A stretch of 64,000 bases of DNA, from contig CALBFA010000041.1 in the NCBI GenBank assembly GCA_937888365.1, positions 1,689 to 65,688 on the forward strand. The letters are read 5' to 3'. The notes beneath the pieces were generated by a model. It worked only from the letters and a program-made list of their open reading frames with translations, was not told the DNA's origin and ran no database searches. The position numbers were made by a program, and so were the translations under genes. Source of the DNA: an uncultured Fidelibacterota bacterium. GTDB taxonomy: Bacteria; Fidelibacterota; UBA8477; JABMPR01. This document shows positions 17,618-27,846 of this stretch, in pieces. The first letter of the stretch is position 1. Each line of letters starts with the position of its first letter.

Positions 17618-19036
17618 ATGGCCCTTCAATTTTATAATTCAATCAAAAGAAAAAGAAACATATTTTCGCCTATTATTGATGGTGAGGTAAAGCTCTATAC
17701 CTGCGGACCGACGGTTTATAATTATGCCCATATCGGTAATTTTAGAACCTTTATGTTCGAGGATTTATTGCGTCGTTATTTGGAGTTTAAGGGATTCACC
17801 GTCACGCATGTAATGAATTTGACAGATGTCGATGACAAAACAATTCGAAATAGTCAACAAGCAGGGACACCTTTATTAAAATTTGTTCAATTCTTTAAGG
17901 ATGCCTTTTTCGCTGATTTAGACGCCTTAAATATACGTCGTGCTCATCATTATCCTGCCGCTACTGCTTATGTCCCTCAAATGATAGAAATGGTAAAAAC
18001 GCTTGTAGATAAAAATTACGCCTATGTATCAGATGATGGCTCTGTCTTTTTTGATATTGCAAAGTTTCCCGAGTATGGACGATTGGCTAATTTGAAACCC
18101 GAAGACATGCTGGTGGGAAATCGTGTTGCTGATGATGAATATGATAAAGAAGAGATGCGAGATTTCGCTTTATGGAAAGGCAGGAAAGCAGAAGATGGAG
18201 AGATCTTTTGGGATTCGCCATGGGGCAAAGGACGACCGGGTTGGCATATTGAATGTTCAGTGATGTCAACAGAGCTACTCGGAGATCATTTTGATATCCA
18301 TTGCGGCGGCATCGATAATTTATTTCCGCACCATGAAAATGAAATTGCCCAGAGCGTTTGCGCCACCGGAAAAGAATTTGTCAATTACTGGCTTCATTCG
18401 GAATATTTACTAGTGGATCGAAAAAAAATGTCTAAATCTGACCATAATTATTTTACGATTCCAGACTTATTGGAGCGAAATATTCCTGCAAGTATCATTC
18501 GTTGGATGTTGTTGACGACGCATTATCGACAAAAATTGAATTTTTCTCTTGATCGTGTTGAAGAAGCTCAAAAATCACTCGATCGTATTATGAGTTTCAA
18601 AAATAGGCTAAAAGAATACCAAGGGATAGAAGGAAATGCAGAGCCATTTCTTGATGATTCCATGAAATCGTTTGAGCTTTCAATGGATGATGACTTAAAT
18701 ATTTCGGGTGGTTTAGGCGCTATTTTTGAGATGATTCGTAATGGAAATCGTTTAATGGACATGAATGAATTTTCACAAGAAGGAAAACTCCTAGCAATGT
18801 CATTGATAGAACGATTTGATAGTGTTCTCGGCATATTCGATCTCCTTGAAAATGAGGCGACGCTCAGCTTAGTGAACGATACATCTTGGATAGAAGCGAA
18901 AATAATCGAGCGAAATAAAGCTCGGAAAGCAAAAGATTATGACATGTCCGATGCCCTCCGAAATGAAATTATTGAGGCTGGGTATGAACTTATTGATAAA
19001 CCCGACGAAACAATATGGAAGAAAAGGACCATTTGA
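17618..19036 (+). CDS. cysS: Cysteine--tRNA ligase
   Basis: YTCGPTVY, HIGN, GRPGWHIECS, FPHHENE, KMSKS. Confidence 0.97.
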   Translation: MALQFYNSIKRKRNIFSPIIDGEVKLYTCGPTVYNYAHIGNFRTFMFEDLLRRYLEFKGFTVTHVMNLTDVDDKTIRNSQQAGTPLLKFVQFFKDAFFADLDALNIRRAHHYPAATAYVPQMIEMVKTLVDKNYAYVSDDGSVFFDIAKFPEYGRLANLKPEDMLVGNRVADDEYDKEEMRDFALWKGRKAEDGEIFWDSPWGKGRPGWHIECSVMSTELLGDHFDIHCGGIDNLFPHHENEIAQSVCATGKEFVNYWLHSEYLLVDRKKMSKSDHNYFTIPDLLERNIPASIIRWMLLTTHYRQKLNFSLDRVEEAQKSLDRIMSFKNRLKEYQGIEGNAEPFLDDSMKSFELSMDDDLNISGGLGAIFEMIRNGNRLMDMNEFSQEGKLLAMSLIERFDSVLGIFDLLENEATLSLVNDTSWIEAKIIERNKARKAKDYDMSDALRNEIIEAGYELIDKPDETIWKKRTI

Positions 19037-19065
19037 AATTAAGTAGAATATTTTTCTAAACTTAC

Positions 19066-19100
19066 TTGCATAATGAGACCTCACTTTTATATTTTGCCGC
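19066..19100 (+). promoter_or_regulatory. Putative sigma70 promoter of tRNA-tuf operon with GC-rich discriminator
   Basis: TTGCAT ... TATATT/TATTTT followed by GCCGC. Confidence 0.45.
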
Positions 19101-19183
19101 TCTTTTTTAAAAGGATATCTGTTTCAGGCATTCATTGCTGAATTTTATTGAGTGATTGAGTCTAATATTTCAATCCTGATTGT

Positions 19184-19256
19184 GCCACTCTAGCTCAGTT
19201 GGTAGAGCATCGGTTTTGTAAACCGACGGTCGAGAGTTCGAGTCTCTTGGGTGGCC
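19184..19256 (+). tRNA. tRNA-Thr(TGT)
   Basis: Cloverleaf folded by hand; anticodon loop TT-TGT-AA. Confidence 0.95.
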
Positions 19257-19292
19257 CAATCAAGATTGAAATTGCAGATTAAAAAAAGAAAC

Positions 19293-19375
19293 GGATCGGT
19301 GGCCGAGTGGTTAAAGGCGGCAGACTGTAAATCTGCTCACGTACGTGTACGGTGGTTCGAACCCATCCCGGTCCA
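19293..19375 (+). tRNA. tRNA-Tyr(GTA)
   Basis: GGCCGAGTGGTTAAAGGC, CT-GTA-AA, long variable arm, GGTTCGAA. Confidence 0.95.
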
Positions 19376-19430
19376 CAGTTTTTTAACATATTTTTTGGGG
19401 AGGCAACTTTTAGGGTTGCTGTTTGAACCC

Positions 19431-19501
19431 GCGGGTGTAGTTCAATGGTAGAACACCAGCCTTCCAAGCTGGTCATGTGAGTTCGATCCTCATCACCCGC
19501 T
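19431..19501 (+). tRNA. tRNA-Gly(TCC)
   Basis: GCGGGTG/CACCCGC acceptor stem; CCAGC-CT-TCC-AA-GCTGG. Confidence 0.95.
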
Positions 19502-19514
19502 CAACGCAAACAGC

Positions 19515-19546
19515 AAAGTCCCAGGAGGTAGCGGGACTTTTTTTTT
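19515..19546 (+). terminator. Terminator-like hairpin inside the tRNA cluster
   Basis: aaagtccc...gggacttttttttt. Confidence 0.6.
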
Positions 19547-19556
19547 CTTGCAAAGT

Positions 19557-19629
19557 GCTCGGGTAGCTCAGTCGGTAGAGCACCTCCTTGGTAAGGAGAA
19601 GGTCGGCAGTTCAAATCTGCTCTCGAGCT
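19557..19629 (+). tRNA. tRNA-Thr(GGT)
   Basis: Cloverleaf; anticodon loop TT-GGT-AA. Confidence 0.95.
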
Positions 19630-19685
19630 CAATCGCCCCAAAATTCGAAATTTAACCAATATTGCCAAATATGGAGGGCAAAATA

Positions 19686-20879
19686 ATGGCTAAGAAAAAG
19701 TATGAGCGCACGAAGCCTCACGTTAATGTAGGAACAATAGGTCATGTTGACCATGGGAAGACGACATTAACGGCAGCAATCACGGTAGTATTATCGAATG
19801 ACGGATTGAGTGAAGTCCGTTCATTTGACAGTATTGATAATGCACCAGAAGAGCGTGAACGAGGAATCACAATTGCGACAGCCCACGTAGAGTATGAGAC
19901 GGAAAATCGTCATTATGCCCACGTTGACTGTCCAGGACACGCGGACTATATCAAAAATATGATAACAGGAGCCGCCCAAATGGACGGCGCGATCCTGGTT
20001 GTAAGTGCCGCAGACGGCGCGATGCCTCAGACCCGTGAGCACGTATTACTTGCCAAGCAGGTAAACGTCCCCTCAATCGTAATATTCATGAATAAAGTAG
20101 ACCAAGTAGATGATGATGAGTTATTGGACTTGGTAGAGATGGAATTACGTGAATTATTAGATGAATATGATTTTCCAGGTGATGATACACCTGTCATACG
20201 AGGAAGTGCATTACGAGCTTTAGGCAATCCTACAGATCCTGAAGCAACAGCGTGTATCCATGAGTTGATGGCAGCGGTAGATTCATTTATCCCCGAACCC
20301 GAACGAGATGTAGACAAGCCCTTTTTAATGCCTGTAGAAGATGTATTTAGTATCACAGGTCGTGGTACGGTAGGAACGGGGAGAATTGAACGAGGGATCG
20401 TAAAAGTAGGCGAAGAAGTTGAAATCATAGGTATGGTTGAAGAGTCGAAGAAAACGACAGTAACGGGAGTAGAGATGTTCCGTAAGTTGTTAGACTCAGG
20501 CCAAGCAGGTGATAATGTAGGTTTATTATTACGAGGAATCGATAAAGAGTGGCTCCAGCGTGGAATGGTCATCGCCAAACCTGGTAGTGTAAAACCACAC
20601 AAGAAATTTAAGGCAGAAGTCTATGTGTTGAAGAAAGAAGAAGGGGGTCGTCATACACCATTTTTTAATGGATATCGTCCCCAGTTTTATTTTCGCACGA
20701 CGGATGTAACAGGTATCGTAGATTTACCTGAAGGAACAGAAATGGTAATGCCAGGTGACAATGTGACTGTAACAATCTCATTGATAGCGCCCATCGCAAT
20801 GGATCCAGAATTGCGTTTTGCTATCCGTGAAGGTGGTCATACTGTTGGCGCTGGTGTCGTAACTGAGATAATCGAATAG
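19686..20879 (+). CDS. tuf: Elongation factor Tu (copy 1)
   Basis: [18 protein letters not shown]; start after GGAGG. Confidence 0.99.
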   Translation: MAKKKYERTKPHVNVGTIGHVDHGKTTLTAAITVVLSNDGLSEVRSFDSIDNAPEERERGITIATAHVEYETENRHYAHVDCPGHADYIKNMITGAAQMDGAILVVSAADGAMPQTREHVLLAKQVNVPSIVIFMNKVDQVDDDELLDLVEMELRELLDEYDFPGDDTPVIRGSALRALGNPTDPEATACIHELMAAVDSFIPEPERDVDKPFLMPVEDVFSITGRGTVGTGRIERGIVKVGEEVEIIGMVEESKKTTVTGVEMFRKLLDSGQAGDNVGLLLRGIDKEWLQRGMVIAKPGSVKPHKKFKAEVYVLKKEEGGRHTPFFNGYRPQFYFRTTDVTGIVDLPEGTEMVMPGDNVTVTISLIAPIAMDPELRFAIREGGHTVGAGVVTEIIE

Positions 20880-20895
20880 GACACGGTAAATTACC

Positions 20896-21045
20896 ATGAG
20901 AGAAATTATCACTCTTGAATGCACTGTATGCAAGGAACGGAATTATTCAACCATGAAGAATAAAAGGTTGCAACCTGCCCGCGTTGAGCATAAAAAATAT
21001 TGTTCAACATGCAATAAACACACAGTTCACAAAGAAACGAAATAG
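20896..21045 (+). CDS. rpmG: 50S ribosomal protein L33 (Zn-ribbon type); absent from ORF track
   Basis: Hand translation [49 protein letters not shown]. Confidence 0.95.
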   Translation: MREIITLECTVCKERNYSTMKNKRLQPARVEHKKYCSTCNKHTVHKETK

Positions 21046-21063
21046 TTAAGAAATGAATTTAAC

Positions 21064-21135
21064 AGGAGAGTGGCTCAATGGTAGAGCAGCGGTCTCCAAA
21101 ACCGCAGGTTGCAGGTTCGAGTCCTGTCTCTCCTG
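21064..21135 (+). tRNA. tRNA-Trp(CCA)
   Basis: AGGAGAG/CTCTCCT acceptor stem; GCGGT-CT-CCA-AA-ACCGC. Confidence 0.95.
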
Positions 21136-21167
21136 CTTCACATTCATTTGATAAGTAGAGTGCAAAT

Positions 21168-21359
21168 ATGATAGAAAAAATCAGAACATTTTTTACTGAC
21201 GTACAGTTTGAATTCCAAAAAATCAGTTGGCCTACTTATGAAGAACTTAAGGGTTCTACATGGATTGTGCTAGGTATGTCTGGAGTATTAGCTTTGATTT
21301 TATTTGTTATGGATAAAATCATGTCAACGTTAATACTTGATATAATTATGGGGCAATAA
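21168..21359 (+). CDS. secE: Preprotein translocase subunit SecE
   Basis: EFQKISWPT..EL plus one TM segment; synteny. Confidence 0.93.
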   Translation: MIEKIRTFFTDVQFEFQKISWPTYEELKGSTWIVLGMSGVLALILFVMDKIMSTLILDIIMGQ

Positions 21360-21360
21360 A

Positions 21361-21894
21361 GTGGCTTTAAAGTGGTATAGTTTACGCGCTCTTTCTGGCA
21401 AAGAAAAGAAAATACGTGATGCAATACTTCATGAAGCAGCTTTAGCTAACCTTCAAGAAATAATTGTCGATGTTCTCGTCCCTTCTGAAAACGTTGTTGA
21501 AATGCGTGGCGGTAAAAAATACGTACGGAATAAGGTATTTTTCCCTGGCTACATCATGATACAAATGGAATTGACAAAAGTGAGTCGTTATTTAATAGAA
21601 AACACTCCCGGAGTTATGAGTTTTGTTGGACCAAAAGGTGAACCAACGCCTCTAAAAGAAGATGAAATTCGTCGGATTTTAGGTGAAGTTGAAGAACGTG
21701 ATGGGAAAGAAATTCTCGGTACTCCATATGCTCCTGGTGATCCTATTAAAATTATAGATGGCCCTTTTATCGATTTCTCAGGATTCGTTAAAGAGATTGA
21801 CGAGACAAAACAAAAAGTAAAAGTGGAAGTGTCGATATTTGGGCGTCCTACTCCTGTAGAGTTGGATTATTTACAAATAGAGATGGAAAAATAG
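21361..21894 (+). CDS. nusG: Transcription factor NusG
   Basis: WY...SGKE, FFPGYI, KOW DGPF, IFGRPTPVEL. Confidence 0.97.
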   Translation: MALKWYSLRALSGKEKKIRDAILHEAALANLQEIIVDVLVPSENVVEMRGGKKYVRNKVFFPGYIMIQMELTKVSRYLIENTPGVMSFVGPKGEPTPLKEDEIRRILGEVEERDGKEILGTPYAPGDPIKIIDGPFIDFSGFVKEIDETKQKVKVEVSIFGRPTPVELDYLQIEMEK

Positions 21895-21914
21895 AAGTAA
21901 TAAAGGTTTAATCT

Positions 21915-22340
21915 ATGGCCAAAAAAGTCATTAATCAAATTAAGTTGCAAATCAATGCGGGGGCTGCTAATCCATCACCTCCAGTCGGTCCTGCTTTAGG
22001 TCAAGCTGGCGTGAATATTATGGAATTTTGCAAAGCATTTAATTCTCGCACTGAAAAAGATCGCGGTTTAGTCATTCCAGTTGTTATAACTGTTTATGCT
22101 GATCGTTCTTTTACATTTGTAACGAAGACTCCACCCGCTGCAGTGCTTTTAAAGAAAGCTGCCGGATTGGAGAAAGGATCAGGGAGACCTAACTCAGAAA
22201 AAGTTGGGAAAGTGACACGTGCTCAAGTTAAAGAGATTGTTGAACTAAAAAAACCTGATTTAAATGCGCATGACCTTGAAATGGGGATGCGTATTATCGA
22301 AGGTACTGCCCGCAGTATGGGCATTACGGTGGAGGGTTAA
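21915..22340 (+). CDS. rplK: 50S ribosomal protein L11
   Basis: [19 protein letters not shown]. Confidence 0.98.
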   Translation: MAKKVINQIKLQINAGAANPSPPVGPALGQAGVNIMEFCKAFNSRTEKDRGLVIPVVITVYADRSFTFVTKTPPAAVLLKKAAGLEKGSGRPNSEKVGKVTRAQVKEIVELKKPDLNAHDLEMGMRIIEGTARSMGITVEG

Positions 22341-22347
22341 TTCAGTC

Positions 22348-23040
22348 ATGAAAATATCTAAAAAAGTTAGAGAATATTCATCCAAAATTGATCGTTTGGC
22401 AGAATACCCCATATTAGATGGAATTATGCTGACCAAAAAATATGCAACGGCTAAATTTGATGAATCTGTCGAAGTCGCAGTTTCATTAGGTGTTAATCCA
22501 AAATTTTCTGATCAAATGATTCGTGGTTCCGTAACATTACCACATGGGACGGGTAAAACAGTCCGAGTTCTTGTGCTTGCAAAAGGCGCTAAAGCAGAAG
22601 AGGCTGAAGCCGCTCATGCTGATTACGTTGGGTTTGAAGAGTATATCGAAAAACTTAAGCAAGGTTGGACCGATGTTGATGTTGTCATCACTACACCCGA
22701 TAATATGGGTGAAGTCGGTAAGCTTGGACGTGTTTTAGGACCTAGAGGTTTGATGCCAAATCCAAAAAGTGGTACGGTTACAATGGATGTTGCAGCTGCA
22801 GTTGAAGCTTCAAAAGCAGGTAAAATTGATTTTCGAAGCGACAAGTACGGTAATGTACATAGCATCGTAGGGAAAGTATCATTTGACGCAGAAAAATTAT
22901 CCGAAAATCTTAGCGTTCTATTAAAAAAATTGATTGCTATGAAACCAAGCTCATCAAAAGGGCTATATGTTAAACGGGTAACAATCAGTTCAACAATGGG
23001 ACCAGGTATCAAAATTGATAAAGCTGGTTTTAGTAATTAA
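22348..23040 (+). CDS. rplA: 50S ribosomal protein L1
   Basis: [31 protein letters not shown]. Confidence 0.98.
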   Translation: MKISKKVREYSSKIDRLAEYPILDGIMLTKKYATAKFDESVEVAVSLGVNPKFSDQMIRGSVTLPHGTGKTVRVLVLAKGAKAEEAEAAHADYVGFEEYIEKLKQGWTDVDVVITTPDNMGEVGKLGRVLGPRGLMPNPKSGTVTMDVAAAVEASKAGKIDFRSDKYGNVHSIVGKVSFDAEKLSENLSVLLKKLIAMKPSSSKGLYVKRVTISSTMGPGIKIDKAGFSN

Positions 23041-23052
23041 TAGGAACTCGCT

Positions 23053-23580
23053 ATGTCTAGTAAAAAAAATATTTCATCCGTAGAATATATCGGCCAACAG
23101 TTTGACAAAACGAAGACCATATATTTCACAGACTATTCAGGACTCACAGTAGAGCAAGTTAATGTTTTACGTACAAATTTACATGAGCACGGTGTAAATT
23201 ATCATGTACTTAAAAATACATTAACACTACTTGTAGCAAAAAAGAATGGTTATGAAGGCTTAGAGTCAGTACTGAAAGGACCCACTGCACTTGCATTTGC
23301 AGCGGGTGATCCCACAGCACCTGCTCGAGTATTTAAAGAATTCCTCAAAAAAGAGGGAAAAATAAAAGGTAAACCAGCAGTAAAGGGTTTAGTCTTTGAA
23401 GGCAAAGTTTTAGACGCATCTTTCTATGTAAAGATTGCAGATTTGCCTTCTCGCGAAATCTTACTTGCACAGTTGCTCGGTGGGCTGCAGTCTCCAATCC
23501 AAAAGACCTTGAGCGTACTTCAAGCTCCGATGAGAGAACTGGCTGGAACATTAGACGCATTAAAACTAACAAAAAATTAA
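23053..23580 (+). CDS. rplJ: 50S ribosomal protein L10
   Basis: DYSGLTV, KNTL, GPTALAF, LPSRE; synteny. Confidence 0.96.
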   Translation: MSSKKNISSVEYIGQQFDKTKTIYFTDYSGLTVEQVNVLRTNLHEHGVNYHVLKNTLTLLVAKKNGYEGLESVLKGPTALAFAAGDPTAPARVFKEFLKKEGKIKGKPAVKGLVFEGKVLDASFYVKIADLPSREILLAQLLGGLQSPIQKTLSVLQAPMRELAGTLDALKLTKN

Positions 23581-23601
23581 TTATCGGGAGGTAATCCACT
23601 C

Positions 23602-23976
23602 ATGGCAACAACGAGAGAAGACGTTTTAGGATATCTTGAAACAGCTAATATGCTAGAAATCTCAGAATTGATTTCTGCAATCGAAGAAAAATTCGGCGTA
23701 ACAGCCGCTGCACCCGTTGCAGCCGCTGCAGCCGTTGCTGGACCTGTAGAAGAAGTTGAAGAGCAAACAGAATTTGATGTTATACTTGAAGACGCAGGTG
23801 CCAAAAAAATTAATGTTATCAAAATTGTTCGTGGTGTTACAAGCTTAGGGCTAAAAGAAGCAAAAGCTCTTGTTGATGAAGCACCAAACAAAATTAAGGA
23901 AGCAGTTTCTAAAGCCGAAGCTGACGAATTAAAAGCTCAACTTGAAGAAGCTGGAGCTAAAGTCTCTGTTAAATAA
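23602..23976 (+). CDS. rplL: 50S ribosomal protein L7/L12
   Basis: [23 protein letters not shown]. Confidence 0.98.
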   Translation: MATTREDVLGYLETANMLEISELISAIEEKFGVTAAAPVAAAAAVAGPVEEVEEQTEFDVILEDAGAKKINVIKIVRGVTSLGLKEAKALVDEAPNKIKEAVSKAEADELKAQLEEAGAKVSVK

Positions 23977-24003
23977 AGCAGAGTTCTAAGATAACAATTA
24001 TTT

Positions 24004-24035
24004 AGCTCGTGAGGTTATTTACCTCACGAGCTTTT
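24004..24035 (+). terminator. Terminator/attenuator between rplL and rpoB
   Basis: agctcgtgagg-ttattta-cctcacgagct-ttt. Confidence 0.75.
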
Positions 24036-24069
24036 GTCCTTTGTAAAACTTTAAAACTTGGAGTTGCAT

Positions 24070-27000
24070 TTGACCCAGACAAGTTTATTAGAGAGACAAT
24101 CGTTTAGTAAGATTGGTGAGCAAGTCCCTTTACCGGACTTGATGAACCTGCAACTAAATTCTTGGATAGAATTTTTACAGGATGATACGCCTGCAAGACT
24201 TCGCGAAAACCGAGGTTTAGAAGCCGTCTTTACGAGTGTATTTCCCATTGAAGACAATCACGGAAACTACATGCTCGAATATGTCTCTTATCAGACAGGA
24301 CTACCACGTTATTCTATCGACGAATGTCTAGATCGTGGAGTTACATACTCAGTACCCCTAAAAGTTAAATTAATATTGCATGCTACCGTAGAAGAAGCTG
24401 ACCCGGGTGATTATACAAATCATATCGAACAAGACATTTTCTTTGGTAATATCCCAACAATGACGAACAGAGGCTCTTTTATCATTAATGGTGCAGAACG
24501 TGTTATTGTTGCTCAGTTACAAAGATCACCAGGTGTTTTCTTTGAGCAAACACAGCATCCTAACGGTACAAGACTTTATTCTGCTAGATTGATACCGCTC
24601 CGTGGTAGTTGGCTTGATATTACAACGGATATTCATGACGCCATTTATGCAGTTATCGATAGAAGACGAAGATTCCCAATTACGCATCTGTTAAGAGCAA
24701 TGGGTTTCTCTTCTAACACCGATATCCTGATGGCTTTTGACGCTGTTCGTGAATTAAGACTCGCTGATAATGTTGGTTTGAAGCAATACTATGATAAAGA
24801 ATTGCCCGTTGATGTCATCCATCCTGAAACAGGTGAAATCTTAGCAGAAGCAGGTGAAAAGCTTTCTAAGGAGCGCGTGCGTGACCTTAAGAAAACGGGT
24901 ATTAAGGGCGTGATGGTTGTTAAAGACCCTGACGACTTAAAATTCGAGCTTTTATCTAATACCTTGGCGAAAGATAAAACCATTGATACGAATGATGCAC
25001 TCAGAGCTTTTTATACCGAGATGCGCGGTGGAGAACCACCAAACTTAGACCTTGCAGAGAAATTTCTCGCGAGACTTCTATTTGATCCTAAAAAATATGA
25101 TTTAGGTGAAGTCGGTCGTTATCGTATGAATAAAAAATTCGGCGTTGAAGTTCCGATGGATCAACTCGTTTTAACGAGTGATGATATCATCTTGACAACG
25201 AATTATCTCGTTGATATGCGAAAAGGCGAACGCGGAACAGACGATATTGACCATCTAGGCAATCGTCGTGTACGTACCGTTGGCGAACAATTGGGGAACC
25301 AATTTGCTGTTGCTTTATCCAGAATGTCGAGAACAATTCGTGAGCGAATGAATGTTCGTGATAATGAAAATCTCACGCCTCAAGACTTAGTGAATTCGCG
25401 TATCGTTACGAGCGCAATCAGTTCGTTTTTTGGTACGAATCAATTATCACAGTTCTTAGATCAAACGAATCCACTTGCTGAAGTGACGCATAAAAGAAGA
25501 CTTTCTTCTCTCGGACCAGGTGCCCTAACGCGCGAAAGAGCAGGATTTGAGGTTCGTGATGTTCACTATACACATTACGGACGTCTGTGCCCAATTGAAA
25601 CACCTGAGGGACCCAACATTGGTCTGATTTCATCATTAGCTTCTTATGCTGTGGTCAATAGACTTGGTTTTATTGAAACACCCTATAAGAAAATTGTGCT
25701 TTCCAACGGCAAACCTAAGATGTCAAAACAAATTGATTATCTATCTGCCGATGATGAAGAACGTTCGAACATTGCCCAAGCCCAAATTCGTTTAGATGAA
25801 GAAGGCTATTTGCAAGACAAGTATTTGCAGGTGCGTGTTCGCGGTGACTTCCCCCATGTTGATGTAAGTGAAGTCGCTTACAAAGACGTTTCTCCGCTGC
25901 AGATTGTTTCTCCGGCTGCGGCCTGTATTCCATTTTTAGAGCATGATGATGCTAACCGTGCCCTCATGGGTTCTAACATGCAACGTCAATCTGTACCGCT
26001 CTTATGGACAGAAGCGCCTATTGTTGGAACTGGATTTGAAAGCATTATTGCGAGAGATTCACGAGCGATTTTAATCTCTGATGTTAAAGGTACGGTTAAA
26101 GAAGTTACGTCAGATAAGGTTCTCGTCAAAGTAAGCAAACGCTTTGATGAAGCGACGACATTGATTGAAGAACCTGGTATGGTTACGTTTAAATTGAAGA
26201 AATTTATTCGTAGTAACCAAGACACATGCATGAATCAACGTCCAATCGTTAAAGTTGGTCAAAAAATTAATATTGGTGATATTTTAGCGGATGGTATGAG
26301 TACAGATAATGGTGAACTTGCACTCGGTAAGAATATCACTGTTGCATTTATGCCTTGGCGCGGATACAACTATGAAGATGCCATCGTTCTGAGCGAAAAT
26401 CTTCTTAAGAGAGATACATTTACAACTCTCGTTGTAAAACAAGTTGAACTGGAAGTTAGAGAAACAAAGCGTGGTGAAGAGGAACTTACTCGCGATATTC
26501 CTAACGTATCAGAAGAGGCAACACGTAATCTTTCTAAAGATGGGATCATTCGAATTGGTGCTGAAGTAAGACCTGGCGATATTTTGATTGGTAAAGTAAC
26601 ACCCAAAGGTGAAACCGACCCAACGCCTGAAGAAAAGCTATTAAAAGCTATATTTGGAGAAAAAGCCGGTGATGTTAAAGATGCATCAAAAAGAGCGACT
26701 CCAGGTGTTAAAGGTATCGTTATTAAAACGGAACTTTATACGCGTAAAGGTCGAGAATCTCGTAAAGAAGAAAAGCGCCGTTTAGATGCACTTAAAGCCA
26801 AAGCAACTTTAGAAAAAGCGGGTTTGACTAAAAAGCGCAACGAAAAGCTTTTTAATTTATTAAACGAACAAATTGCTGTAGATATCATTGATAATCTTGA
26901 AAAAGTTATTGTCAGAGATGGTACAGTTTTCAATAAAGAAGTAATTAACCAAATTAACTGGGAAAAGGTTGACATTTCAAAACCAGTTTGTCAAGATGAA

Positions 27001-27846
27001 ACGGTCTCAAGCAAAGTGACAGTTTTAGTAGACGAATATTATCGTCTCTATAATGAAATTGAGCAAACCTATGAGAACGACATCTATAAACTTAAGGTTG
27101 GAGATGATTTACAACCTGGCGTTATTCAGTTAGCAAAGGTACAAGTTGCAAGTAAAAGGAAAGTTAGTATCGGTGATAAATTGGCAGGACGACACGGTAA
27201 CAAAGGTATCGTCGCAGCCATCATGCCCGAAGAAGATATGCCTTTTACGAAAGAAGGAAAACCTGTTGATATCGTATTGAATCCCATGGGCGTACCTTCT
27301 CGTATGAACTTAGGTCAGCTTTATGAAACCATGTTAGGTTGGGTCGGAAAAGAGTTGGGAGTTAAATTTGCAACTCCTGTTTTTGATGGTGCCAGCGTAG
27401 CAGAAGTTGATGAGTGGATGAAAAAAGCACATCTCCCTGTTTCTGGAAAAAAAGTTTTAGTTGATGGTCGAACAGGCCAAACAATTGATTCTCCCGTGAC
27501 GTATGGCGAAATCTATATGATGAAATTAGCGCATCAGGTTGATGATAAAATGCATGCTCGTTCAACGGGACCTTATTCGCTTATTACGCAACAACCTTTG
27601 GGTGGTAAAGCACAATTTGGTGGTCAGCGATTTGGTGAGATGGAAGTATGGGCGCTTGAAGCTTATGGCGCTGCACATACTTTGCAAGAAATGCTTACTG
27701 TAAAATCCGATGACGTGGAAGGGCGTTCTAGAGTCTATAACGCTATTGTTAAGGGAGATAATCTTCCAGAATTTGGTGTACCTGAGTCTTTCAATGTTCT
27801 TTTGAGAGAGATGAAGGGTCTAGGACTGGATATAGAGTTAACATGA
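24070..27846 (+). CDS. rpoB: RNA polymerase beta subunit
   Basis: RDVHYTHYGRLCPIETPEGPN, GDKLAGRHGNKG, GGQRFGEME; TTG start after GGAG (ORF track start 24058). Confidence 0.99.
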   Translation: MTQTSLLERQSFSKIGEQVPLPDLMNLQLNSWIEFLQDDTPARLRENRGLEAVFTSVFPIEDNHGNYMLEYVSYQTGLPRYSIDECLDRGVTYSVPLKVKLILHATVEEADPGDYTNHIEQDIFFGNIPTMTNRGSFIINGAERVIVAQLQRSPGVFFEQTQHPNGTRLYSARLIPLRGSWLDITTDIHDAIYAVIDRRRRFPITHLLRAMGFSSNTDILMAFDAVRELRLADNVGLKQYYDKELPVDVIHPETGEILAEAGEKLSKERVRDLKKTGIKGVMVVKDPDDLKFELLSNTLAKDKTIDTNDALRAFYTEMRGGEPPNLDLAEKFLARLLFDPKKYDLGEVGRYRMNKKFGVEVPMDQLVLTSDDIILTTNYLVDMRKGERGTDDIDHLGNRRVRTVGEQLGNQFAVALSRMSRTIRERMNVRDNENLTPQDLVNSRIVTSAISSFFGTNQLSQFLDQTNPLAEVTHKRRLSSLGPGALTRERAGFEVRDVHYTHYGRLCPIETPEGPNIGLISSLASYAVVNRLGFIETPYKKIVLSNGKPKMSKQIDYLSADDEERSNIAQAQIRLDEEGYLQDKYLQVRVRGDFPHVDVSEVAYKDVSPLQIVSPAAACIPFLEHDDANRALMGSNMQRQSVPLLWTEAPIVGTGFESIIARDSRAILISDVKGTVKEVTSDKVLVKVSKRFDEATTLIEEPGMVTFKLKKFIRSNQDTCMNQRPIVKVGQKINIGDILADGMSTDNGELALGKNITVAFMPWRGYNYEDAIVLSENLLKRDTFTTLVVKQVELEVRETKRGEEELTRDIPNVSEEATRNLSKDGIIRIGAEVRPGDILIGKVTPKGETDPTPEEKLLKAIFGEKAGDVKDASKRATPGVKGIVIKTELYTRKGRESRKEEKRRLDALKAKATLEKAGLTKKRNEKLFNLLNEQIAVDIIDNLEKVIVRDGTVFNKEVINQINWEKVDISKPVCQDETVSSKVTVLVDEYYRLYNEIEQTYENDIYKLKVGDDLQPGVIQLAKVQVASKRKVSIGDKLAGRHGNKGIVAAIMPEEDMPFTKEGKPVDIVLNPMGVPSRMNLGQLYETMLGWVGKELGVKFATPVFDGASVAEVDEWMKKAHLPVSGKKVLVDGRTGQTIDSPVTYGEIYMMKLAHQVDDKMHARSTGPYSLITQQPLGGKAQFGGQRFGEMEVWALEAYGAAHTLQEMLTVKSDDVEGRSRVYNAIVKGDNLPEFGVPESFNVLLREMKGLGLDIELT

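Noticed and set aside
19251..19476. Short ORFs on both strands
   Set aside because: They overlap tRNA genes.
20027..20602. 191-aa antisense ORF (repeated at 35490-36065) and other antisense ORFs in the track
   Set aside because: Shadow frames of conserved genes.
25420..25540. Rifampicin-resistance alleles in rpoB
   Set aside because: The Q, D, H and S positions of the resistance-determining region are wild-type; only a GPGA for GPGG variant of unknown meaning was seen.
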